Shown one piece after another: positions 9,231 through 19,400 of a stretch of DNA of 64,000 nt. Numbering within the stretch: the stretch's first letter is position 1; every line of letters starts with the position of its first letter. The notes beneath the pieces are model-generated. The model worked only from the letters and a program-made list of their open reading frames with translations, ran no database searches and was not told the DNA's origin. The position numbers and the translations under genes are program-made. The stretch is from a virus (Duplodnaviria; Caudoviricetes): positions 156,862 through 220,861 of the IMG/VR virus record IMGVR_UViG_3300014204_000111. One strand, written 5' to 3'.

Positions 9231-10330
9231 TTAATTCTATTAACCTCAATAAATTCTGCTTTTTTCTGAAATTCTTTGATTGTTTTTGCTCCAACATACG
9301 TCATTGAACTCTTTAGTCCTCCAAGAAGTTTTTTAACAACATCGAGAGCAGAACCAGAATAAGGAACATATTTAGTTTCACCTTCTGCAACAATTCCTTC
9401 CTTCATTCCTCCATACCATTCTTGTTGGAAGTCTTCCGAAGATTGTCCCCAATATTGTCTATATAAATCTTGTGGATATTGTCTTTTTTCAAACATTCTT
9501 TTATATTCGGGTCTTATTGTTGGATTAGATTCTTCTAAGTCAATCATTTTTTGAATATCAATCATATGGTTAACTTTATCAATACCTAACTCTGAAGCCA
9601 TAACTCTTTGAGTGAACCATCTTCCTCCTGCTTCTTCTGTTCCTGCAAGTAAAGAACCAATCATAACTATATTTGCTCCTGCTGCAATAGCTTTAGCGAT
9701 ATCTCCAGAGGTTTTAATTCCACCGTCAGCGATAACAGGAACTTTAAATTGTTTGGCTACCTTAGAAACCCAATGAATAGCAGTGATTTGAGGAACACCA
9801 CAACCTGTTACCATTCTAGTAGTACAAGAATATCCTGGGCCAATACCAACCTTAAGAGCAGAAGCTCCTTCATTGCAAAAATCTCTTGCTGCTTCACCTG
9901 TTGCTATATTACTAACAATAATTTTGCCAGTATGATTATAACTTCTAATAAACTTAAGAGCATTTAAAACCATCTTAGAATGAGCGTGAGCAATATCGAT
10001 ACACAATTCAGCTCCTATATCATTAGTAATCTTACAAACTCTATCTTTCCATTCACTTGAAAGACAATCTCTCATTCCTATAGTAACAAACTCTCCAGGT
10101 TTTACATCTTCTAAATCAACAAATCTATGATGAATAAAAGGCCCACCATTATTAATAAATATATCTCTCATTGATAAAGTAGCAATACAATCCATATTTG
10201 CTGGAATAATAGGAATTTGAGTTATCATATCTTGAGCGATATAAGAACTTACATCTGGTTCAGTTCTACTTTCAACATTTGAAAACTGAGGAATAATCAA
10301 AACATCATCAAAATCTAGTCCCTTGGTCAT
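9227..10330 (-). CDS. guaC: GMP reductase / IMP dehydrogenase family enzyme, CBS-less, more GuaC-like
   Basis: [26 protein letters not shown], catalytic loop [30 protein letters not shown]-terminal [14 protein letters not shown]. The flap lacks the IMPDH Arg-Tyr dyad. AAGGAG RBS. Family is certain; guaC versus guaB is inferred. Confidence 0.85.
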   Translation of the reverse strand: MTKGLDFDDVLIIPQFSNVESRTEPDVSSYIAQDMITQIPIIPANMDCIATLSMRDIFINNGGPFIHHRFVDLEDVKPGEFVTIGMRDCLSSEWKDRVCKITNDIGAELCIDIAHAHSKMVLNALKFIRSYNHTGKIIVSNIATGEAARDFCNEGASALKVGIGPGYSCTTRMVTGCGVPQITAIHWVSKVAKQFKVPVIADGGIKTSGDIAKAIAAGANIVMIGSLLAGTEEAGGRWFTQRVMASELGIDKVNHMIDIQKMIDLEESNPTIRPEYKRMFEKRQYPQDLYRQYWGQSSEDFQQEWYGGMKEGIVAEGETKYVPYSGSALDVVKKLLGGLKSSMTYVGAKTIKEFQKKAEFIEVNRIK

Positions 10331-10358
10331 AACGGCTCCTTCAAATTTGTACCCATTA

Positions 10359-10367
10359 ATGATACCC
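10359..10367 (-). promoter_or_regulatory. GGG-TATCAT promoter-like motif upstream of the guaC-like cassette
   Basis: Minus strand reads GGGTATCAT, the same GGG-TANNNT pattern, divergent from the + motif at 10393. Confidence 0.4.
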
Positions 10368-10392
10368 TAGTTTACAGCAATATAAGATAAAC

Positions 10393-10407
10393 GGGTAAAT
10401 TAGATGT
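10393..10407 (+). promoter_or_regulatory. GGG-TAAATT promoter-like motif 6 nt upstream of ATG 10408
   Basis: GGGTAAATTAGATGTATG; no SD before the ATG. Confidence 0.55.
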
Positions 10408-10941
10408 ATGAAAAAGATTTCGACAGATTTAAGACTTCCGACATTAGATATGAGTTATGAAGAAATTGTTCAATGGCTCTTTAATATTAGAGAAATTTGG
10501 GTAATTAAAGGTATTCCGAGACGTGTTTTTTCAGATTTTAAAAAACCTAAAAGCGGAAATGGATTAACTAAACGAGAAATCTTAGAATATATTCAAGAGA
10601 CTTTTGAGAGTAGTATAGAACTTAAAGAGGAACAAGAATCTCAAGTTTTCAATGCGGATTTAGAAGATAAATATTATGTATTTGAAATAGAGTATCTTGG
10701 CCCAGGTGGTCTTATTAGTTTAGAAACTGCTGATGGAGATATTGTTTTAGCAAAAGGAATTCCAATTGCTCTTTATGATAAGGGAGCACACCTCCTCCAA
10801 ATAGCAAGAGAAAGACCAGAAGAATTCACTGTTATAGCCAGAGATTATTACACTCATGAAGCCCAAATGTTAGATACTTATCGTAAAGTTAGAGATAAAA
10901 ACAAGAGTGTTCCAAACAAACCATTTTTTAATGTTTGGTAA
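10408..10941 (+). CDS. Hypothetical protein (177 aa) in the post-capsid position
   Basis: Clean ORF at the start of the resumed + strand unit. The LTKREILEYI helix is weakly reminiscent of Rho_N/HeH-like post-capsid proteins. Confidence 0.7.
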   Translation: MKKISTDLRLPTLDMSYEEIVQWLFNIREIWVIKGIPRRVFSDFKKPKSGNGLTKREILEYIQETFESSIELKEEQESQVFNADLEDKYYVFEIEYLGPGGLISLETADGDIVLAKGIPIALYDKGAHLLQIARERPEEFTVIARDYYTHEAQMLDTYRKVRDKNKSVPNKPFFNVW

Positions 10942-11007
10942 GTCCGAAGATAAAGAGATTTAGGATAAGACAGGAAATTAGAGCGCCTCGCATATTGGGC
11001 CAAAATT

Positions 11008-11021
11008 GGGTAATATAGATT
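11008..11021 (+). promoter_or_regulatory. GGG-TAATAT promoter-like motif 5 nt upstream of the HNH gene ATG
   Basis: GGGTAATATAGATTATG; no SD. Confidence 0.5.
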
Positions 11022-11597
11022 ATGAGTAAAATATGTACAAAATGCGGTATCGAAAAGTCGTTAGAAGAATTCCATAAGAGTTCTGCCTCAAAAGATGGTC
11101 ATAAGCCAATCTGCGTAGAATGTCGTTCTAGATGTACTACTCACCCTTTCACCCCAAAAGGAATGAAGTGGTGTGGTGGTTGTAAACAAAATTTGCCCAG
11201 AGACAAGTTTGATAAAAATGGTAATTGTTTGAGAAGTCTTTGTAAAGAATGTAGAAGTGACTATAGAAAAGGAACTCCTATGAGTGATAATGCTAAGAAA
11301 AATGCTAGAACTAAATATGAAGAGAATATGACTGTTTACTATGATTATTTATCAACTCAAAAATGCGCTGATTGCGGAGACACAGATATTAGAGTTTTAG
11401 AATTTGACCATTTACCTGAATATGAAAAGAGTTTTAATATTGCTCACAGAGCAGGTTATTTTTCTTGGGATAAAACTTCAGAAGAAATTAAGAAGTGCGA
11501 AGTAGTATGTAGAAACTGTCACGCTAAAAGAACAATTGACAGACGAGAGAATGCTTTTATAACTAAATATATAAAAGCCCAAAATAGTGAGGTGTAG
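11022..11597 (+). CDS. HNH endonuclease with tandem N-terminal zinc fingers
   Basis: CTKC..CVEC and CGGC..CKEC fingers, then CADCG...LEFDH...EIKKCEVVCRNCH. Confidence 0.9.
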   Translation: MSKICTKCGIEKSLEEFHKSSASKDGHKPICVECRSRCTTHPFTPKGMKWCGGCKQNLPRDKFDKNGNCLRSLCKECRSDYRKGTPMSDNAKKNARTKYEENMTVYYDYLSTQKCADCGDTDIRVLEFDHLPEYEKSFNIAHRAGYFSWDKTSEEIKKCEVVCRNCHAKRTIDRRENAFITKYIKAQNSEV

Positions 11598-11599
11598 TC

Positions 11600-12325
11600 A
11601 TTTTACTTCCCATTGGCCCTGTACTTGGTTTATCTTTTGGCGTCGATAGCATCTTAGAAAGAAGTCCTATTGACTATTGTGATATTGAACAAATCAAAAC
11701 TTGGCTTTACAGATTGGACATAGATTTACATGGCATTGACGGTGACGTTGACGGTGAAATTCGTAATGCTCTTTTATCAGTAAAGAGACAAGTAAATGGT
11801 CTTGTTCATACAGAATACGATTATGTTCGTCGTTTAGAATGGTATTCAGGAGAAGCCCAGAATACTATTGTTGTTAGATATTATCCAGTTGTTGAACTAG
11901 AATATGTTCGAATGTATAACATTGATTATAATAGATTTTTTCAATATGCTGGTTCTGAAATGATTGTTAATAATCGTATTGGAACAGTCACATTTCCACC
12001 TTTATATATTGTTTCTAACCCATATAGAGCAATCGGAGCCTCTTTATCTGGGTTCTCATTCTTTCCTGGTAGAAGTAATGTACAATTAGTATATACTACT
12101 GGATTTTTAAATGATTCTATTCCTACGGACTTTAGTGAAGCAGTTGCTCAATTAACTGCTGCGAGATTGCTAGAAACAGCTTATTTGAGAATCACTGATG
12201 GTACTAAGTCGAGAATTATTAGCGGAGTCCAAGAGAATTATGCAACTTTTTTTGAAGTAGCACAAGTCTGGAAAGATGAGGCTAAAAAAGCCTTAAGTAG
12301 ATATCGTCGTATCAGCATTGAATAA
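11600..12325 (+). CDS. Head-tail adaptor (connector) protein, probably starting at a non-canonical ATT
   Basis: GAGGTG 5 nt before ATT 11600. Frame open through YCDIEQIKTWL (adaptor N-terminal motif). Later FFPGRSNVQLVYTTGF..IPTDFSEAVAQL and ALSRYRR. Confidence 0.8.
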   Translation: MLLPIGPVLGLSFGVDSILERSPIDYCDIEQIKTWLYRLDIDLHGIDGDVDGEIRNALLSVKRQVNGLVHTEYDYVRRLEWYSGEAQNTIVVRYYPVVELEYVRMYNIDYNRFFQYAGSEMIVNNRIGTVTFPPLYIVSNPYRAIGASLSGFSFFPGRSNVQLVYTTGFLNDSIPTDFSEAVAQLTAARLLETAYLRITDGTKSRIISGVQENYATFFEVAQVWKDEAKKALSRYRRISIE

Positions 12326-12334
12326 AGAGATAAA

Positions 12335-12940
12335 ATGCCAATTAGAGATATAATAGAAATTCCCTTTCAATTCAAATATTTACATACAGAATATGGTATA
12401 ACTATTGACCCATATCCATTTGAAAATACAATGGAAACTCAAGTAGGGTCAATAGTTAGATATTTTTCGACTAAAATATTTGATGTTAGATGGGCTGCTA
12501 GAAGATTTATGAGGATGGTACATAGAAGTGGTATTCCTGTTAATTATTATGAGGCATTTTATCTCAATGAAGGACAAAAAGATAGTTTAACTGGAACTCA
12601 AAATTTTTCTGGTGTTGTAGCAGAACAAACATTTGATACAGGAAGAAGTGAAAGTGAGCCAAATATAGAAATTGGATATTTTAGTCCTAAACTTATTAAG
12701 GTATTACAACCTAATTTTAAAGGTGAAGTTACTAAAGAAGAAAAAGGACTTATTTATGAACAAGAAGCAGAAATTACTGCTCCTGCTTATTTCTTATTCC
12801 ATAGATGGGATATACTTCAAATTCAAGATTCTAAATGGGTCATTATTAATGAACCAAAAATTATATATGATAATAAAGGATTTGTTGAAGGATTTTCGCT
12901 TCGTGTTCGTTTATTAAGACCAGGAATTGTAGGTTTTTAA
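12335..12940 (+). CDS. Head closure / stopper-like neck protein
   Basis: Follows the adaptor; beta-rich C-terminus GLIYEQEAEITAP..FHRWDILQIQDSKWVI. Confidence 0.6.
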   Translation: MPIRDIIEIPFQFKYLHTEYGITIDPYPFENTMETQVGSIVRYFSTKIFDVRWAARRFMRMVHRSGIPVNYYEAFYLNEGQKDSLTGTQNFSGVVAEQTFDTGRSESEPNIEIGYFSPKLIKVLQPNFKGEVTKEEKGLIYEQEAEITAPAYFLFHRWDILQIQDSKWVIINEPKIIYDNKGFVEGFSLRVRLLRPGIVGF

Positions 12941-13488
12941 TGATAGATTTTATGTATTCTGTGGAAAGAAATATAAAAATTGCTTATCAAATTCAAAATA
13001 TAGCACAATCTTTGCAGCAAGATTTTTTAATGCAAGGATTTGAACAATATTTAAAAACAAATAAATTTAAAAGATACTTAGATTATATGTCTGATTTATT
13101 AAGAATAACAGTTGAGTCATATGTTCACCATAAATATCATCAATCAGATATTAGAGTGTTCAAAAATCCTGAAACAGGAGTACTCCCAGATTTGAACTTC
13201 TCTTTATATGGAAATGACGAATATGAACAACTCCTTAAAGATAGATATGTAGAAAAGGGTAATATAATAAGTAGTCGTGAACAATTATCTATTATAGCCA
13301 AACCGAGGGAAGCGGCTAGAGCACAAGAATTACTCTTTAGAACATCTAAGGGTGAAACTATTAAAGCCGATTCTTATATAGGAGAGTTAATACGCTCTTT
13401 TATGCTTGCTCATTCTCCTGTAATACAGCAAAATTATGATAATGATGTCCACAGTTATATTAGCAGAATCACTGCTTTTAGGATATAA
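12940..13488 (+). CDS. Putative neck protein (182 aa)
   Basis: Synteny only; TAATG-coupled. Confidence 0.5.
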   Translation: MIDFMYSVERNIKIAYQIQNIAQSLQQDFLMQGFEQYLKTNKFKRYLDYMSDLLRITVESYVHHKYHQSDIRVFKNPETGVLPDLNFSLYGNDEYEQLLKDRYVEKGNIISSREQLSIIAKPREAARAQELLFRTSKGETIKADSYIGELIRSFMLAHSPVIQQNYDNDVHSYISRITAFRI

Positions 13489-13491
13489 AAT

Positions 13492-16400
13492 ATGCCATTG
13501 AATAAAGTCAATTTCGCTCAAGGTGCTAATTTAAGCTCTGAGTGCTTACAAAATATACAAACAAATTTTGATAGATATCTAAGTTCACATCAACATGATG
13601 GAGTTAATAGTCCCTTTATAGATGCCTCTGAGGTGCATTTAGAGGGCCAAGACGCAGGTAATCCACTTAATCGCACATTATATGACCATGTAAGAGATTA
13701 CGCTATCCACGGGTTTGGAAATCGTTATGCTGTTACTAGTCCATATAGTGATACATTAAGTGAAAGTGATTATGTTGAGATAGATATTATCGAAGACTGT
13801 AAACAATGGACATTTAACGGGACTTATTGGGAAACTATCGTTCAACTAGCTAAGCCTATTGAAAGCGATTATACTGTTCAAATTCAGCCAGTATACAGTA
13901 ATCATTATGTAGATTTTTTTACAAAATTAAATCCAGATACAAACTTTGCTAATTTAGAAGGTGTTGTTCCTCTTAATAATACTCTTTTAAATTTACATAT
14001 TATTCCTACAAACTTAACTTCTTCTAGTTTTGGAGTAAGATTATACGCAATTGGTAAGGGGACTAGACATCAATTAGTATCATATGATGAATCTTTATTT
14101 GCAAATAAAAATAAAATTTATTTTGCTGAAAGATTAACGCTTCCTATTACAGGAAATAGTGAGTTAAATACATTTAAAATTCCTTATGCTGGAGGATTTA
14201 ATTATCTTCCTAAGAAAGGAAAATGTTCTTTTCCTGTTGATATATTTTTGGCAGTTAATGCTATTGTTACTCCTAATAGTACTAAACTTATTGTTGGGGA
14301 TAGCGTTAAGCCTCTACCATTTAATATAGCAGATAATAACACTTATGCATTCAGAGATATTAGCGAAGATATAGCTGGATTTCAAGCTCCAACAGATGCT
14401 GCTAATTTTGGTTTTATTACCGAAGAAGATGCAAAAAGTTTAGAAATTTTAAATCTTAGTTCTTTTAGTCAGGCACAACTAGCTAATATAGTTATTTCAG
14501 GAGATAATATTGAATATAAAACTAGAACTTTTCATTATATAGACCAGCAAGGAAATACTGTAGATACTATTCCTGATGAAATACTACCAGGAATGATGTA
14601 TTATGTTATTATTGTTGATACAGTTCATCATTTAAATGGAGACCCTGATTCTACTAGTACTATTATGAAGCCTCTATCAGAAATATTAATTATTTCTAGC
14701 GATAAAAATATCATAGAATATCAAGCTTCAATAGGAACTTTGACTCCTAGAACAGTAGATAGTTATGGAAATATAGCCGAAACAAATGTATTTTTAAGTG
14801 GCGACTATCAAGTTTTAGATAATGAATATATTCTTTTAAATAATGTAACTTATAATGGAAGACAAGCTGATGATTTATATTATCAACCACCAAAAAATAC
14901 AGAGGTATCAATTGCTTCTCAAGATTTTTCTGACGCTCATTCCGATAATGCATCTCGTATATTTTATGATAATCATAATTTATTAACTGATATATTTCCT
15001 GGTTTAACACCAGAAACTTCTGTGGCACTTTATTATAAAGGATTCAATTCTGTTGATTCTCAAGCTCTTTATCCTGATATGAAAGTAGATTTACGAAATA
15101 CTTCTACATATAATAAAACAGTGTACTTTTCTAATAAAGAATACTTAATTGATAGTAAATTTATTCCTATTAGAATTCGTCCTAAGTCAATAGTTGTTAA
15201 TGCTAAATCTGTTCTTACCACAGAATATAATGCTATTTTTGTTAGACCAAAAACTATTATCTTAAGACCAGAAGATGTATTTTATCCTTTAACTGGTGCT
15301 CAAAATACATTTAATTTCCCACAAGGTGTAGCTATTGGTTTAAACAAAACTTTAGCCTTTAAAGCACTTAATTTGGATAATTTTTCTGATAACTTCAATT
15401 CATATCATTTCTACGCTTATCTTAAATGTCCTACTAATGATGGCAAATATGTCACTGGATATGCTGAATTTTTTAATAATAACTTGTTAGACTATATTAA
15501 TGATGCAGATGCAGAGTCGATTGATTATCAAACTATTCAAGGAAATGCTGAAAGTAGAATCTTTACTGGAGAATTTTCCACATATGTTCCAGTATCAGGT
15601 AAACTAGTTAGTGAATTAATTGACAATTTAAGAAATTATTATATTGAAACAGATAAAGAGCCTTCTGAGGCTATTATTCCAGGTATAACAAAAGTTTTTA
15701 TTAATAAATCTGATATTCAACCACTGAATTATTTAAACAGATTCTATACTGGGTCAGACTTGTCTGCTAAATTTTTGGCACATAGTTCTACCACTCCGCT
15801 AGATTCACATATTGGTATAGTTAAGAATGTAGAAAAAACTAATTCAGAAACATGGAGAGTAAATCTTTACAGTCCAGTTCATCAAAATTCAGAAGCTACT
15901 TATTTACAAAAAATATTTGATGGATTAGATTTTATACCACAAGATGTAGTTAATATTAACGGAGAACCAGTCTTCTTATCCAAGACTCCTACAGAACCAT
16001 TATTATACAAGAGAATAACCGCTGAGGTTGTCAGTACAAACAAAATTATTTTGGATAAAAATGATATCATTAATACTAATAGATATCAAGATAATTTATT
16101 TAGCTTTGATGTTTACTCAGAAGACGATTCAAAAGTTGTTACTAATACAAAATATATTGCTAATAATAATGATGTAGAATTTACACACTATCTATATGTT
16201 GGGTCAGAATTACCATTTAATACTATTGATTGTATATTAGATGACCCTATTAATGCTTCTTTAGGAGCAACAGTTACTTACCAATTTTTAGACCAAGAAA
16301 GTGAATGGATTGACCTTACTTTATTAAACAATACAACAACTCAAAATTTAGATTTTTATGGATTAGGAGATTTTTCAGAATTTCCTAATTCTGTTGCTAT

Positions 16401-19400
16401 TTTTGAGCGTCCTAATATTGCCACTATTAACGAAAGATATTCTTCTCAACCTTATACTACAAGCAGATGGACAAAAAGCTCTTTACCTGATTTTAAATCT
16501 ACATCTAAATATTGGGTTAGAATTAAGGTAGATGTTCCAACTCATAATTCACTACCTTCTAGTGATACTCGTAAAGGGTATTTTCCTGTTATTAGAAGCG
16601 TTTCTGTATATTCAACCTCTCCTGCAAATATTAGGATTAATAACTGGTCTTGTACGGCTACACAAGATGTAAATCAAAAATACATAGTTACTCTTACTAA
16701 GGTAAGTAATGCCTCAACAGATATCAGTTATTTAAGAAAGGGAGATTTTGTTTCTTGGAGACAAATAATAGATAGTGTTACACACTATTTCCAAGGGACA
16801 CTTATAAGCGCAGCTAAAGACGGAAGTAATAATATTACTTTAATAATTAATAGTCCTAAATGGGCTGGAGAAGAATCTACGGTATCTATGGTTACGTCAT
16901 GTAGAAATCCTCTCTCATATATTCGTAATATTCGAGTGCCAATCGATAAAGATATACATGTTAATATTAGTAGAAGAACAAATCAACAAAATCCTATTCC
17001 TCCATTAGGAACTTCTGGATTTTATGATTCTATTGCTTATGGAGCGTTAAAACAACAATTTTTCTTAATCTCTGAAGACCATGAAACACCATTGACATTA
17101 AACGAAGATTTTGATAATATTCGTAATTGTTATGATGAATATGACGATAATGAGACTCCAGACAAAGGAGATATACGCACTTTTTACTTTAAGGGAGATT
17201 TTGTTCTTACTGAGGTATGTCCTCGTATTATTTCTGATACAGTTCAATATGGAATTATTTCAGACCACTCTATAGGTATCCATGATAAGTTATGGATTAA
17301 TTTGCTACAATATAATTCTTCAAACTTAAATTATTATGTAGCAAAACTTTCTACTAATGACCAGTATTATTTGGTTATTCGTAGTGGAGGAACTTTACCA
17401 GTTGAAGAAGATTTGAATGATTTTAATGTTGGAGCTTTTTCTAATAAGTTCGCTTATTTATGGGATGATAATTATCCTATTTTAAGTAGAGATGGAATTG
17501 TCGAAGATATATCAGAAGATTCTCCTGGTGGAACCTATAGTTTAACAGATATTGAATTTTCTCAAAGAGTGTCCAAATTTTATAAAGGAGATGCTTTATC
17601 TTTTGGTGCTAGAAATCTTATCGGTATAGTTTTTGATACCGATGATATTTATACATCTTATAATCCAGATAGACCTTCTTTTACAAATGTAAATGGTATT
17701 GATGATATTTCTAATACATTTGAACTAGTTCTTCCAATTAGTGTGACTAGTTTTGGAGATAATGTTTTTGTTAATAATGGATTAACAAATACTGGAGATA
17801 CTTTTGTTTACTCTGATGCTCGTACTATTTTAACAAAAGAAGCAACTTTAGATAGTTTCCCAGAATTACCTTATGAAATAGATTTATTAACCTTAGTAGA
17901 GTCTGATTCATTATATGCCAAAATTAATACTGTTAAAAATACAGAAGACGGTTTAGAAATTATACTTGGAGATAATCCTCCAAATACTGATGAAATATTA
18001 TTAGTATCAGAGGGTTATTATAGTAATATTTCCTCAACTTTAACTATTGAAGATGATGATATTAATCGTATTAAGTCCAGAATAACACAGTTAAGAACTG
18101 AAAACAAAGGACTTGGAGATGCTACAAATAATGGAGACTTCAAATACGAAAAACTTGTCCAAAGTCATAAAGCTTATGATTTTGGTAGGGCTTGGGCTGG
18201 CTTAAAAGATAAGCAAGCTAGAGTGGCTGTTAAGTTTAATCCTACTTTAGACGATAATGTTTCTTATAATATTAAGAACTTTTCTTTTTTACCAGGATAT
18301 GATGGAAATTCTATCAATGGTATTAATTCTATTGGAAATGGAATATATTGTTTTGTAACCCCAATTCGAAATATCAAACATTATAATCCCGCTCTTGATG
18401 GGAACTATTTTGGTGTAAATATTAAATTATCTGACTCTTTTGCCTCTTTATCTAATTTGACTTATGCTCATACTCATGGTGCTGTAGATACTTATAATGT
18501 TGAATCTATTGTTGATTCTATAGGTAAAGTACCATCTGATAGTTTATATTATTTATTATCTGATAATCCTATATCTGGTTATCTACCTTATGCAGGTAAT
18601 ATTGTTACAAGAACAGTTAATGGTGTTACATATACTAGAGCTGAGGCTAATGCTACTCTTTTAGATATTTCAACTGGAAGAAGGTATATTCGTGTAGCTA
18701 ATAAATGGAGAGACTTATTAACAAATACTGAACCAGTATATGAACTAGTTTCTAAATTCAATCCGTCAAATCATGATGAATCTTTAGTTTGGCATTTAGC
18801 AAAAATAGATAACGAATATTTTATCTATGTAGGTAATTATTCTATTATTGACCCAAGCACAATTCCTTTCTCAGTAGGAACTATTTTACAAAGTTTTGAT
18901 GCTTGGCCTATGACAACTAGTATAACATATGATAATCCATATTTTATAGTAGAAGCATCTTTTGATAGTCAGAAGAAACCACAAGACACAACTTATACTC
19001 ATCAAATTTGGAAGAAAGTTAAAGAAGGAGATAATACTACAGTTATTCCGTGGGGGCCAACTAATAATGCAGTATTTGGTGGTTCTTACTTAAATTATGC
19101 TACTTCTATTTTGCCAGTTAAGACAGGGCAAACTGTTTCAGTAGTATGCTTAAATCTTGGCGATGATGGTACAAAAGAATATATTAAAGCTAAAAGTATA
19201 TCACTTGGAACTGTTGCGGAAGCTTGGTATAATCCGGTAAATATTAATCGTATTGCAAAAATACATTATACAGCGGGTGTGGTTGACAGTATAGTTTTCA
19301 ATGATACTATTCCTCAATATATGGATATATGTCGAGTTATTAATAGCAAAGATATTTATATATTTTATGGAGTATCTCCTAATGGAAGATGGACAAAATA

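Noticed and set aside
10942-11599. Group I intron around the HNH gene joining 10408 to the adaptor
   Set aside because: The flanks are too short (80 nt and 2 nt) for a ribozyme core and no conserved core elements were recognised. The SD plus ATT explains the adaptor start more simply. Not excluded without RT-PCR.
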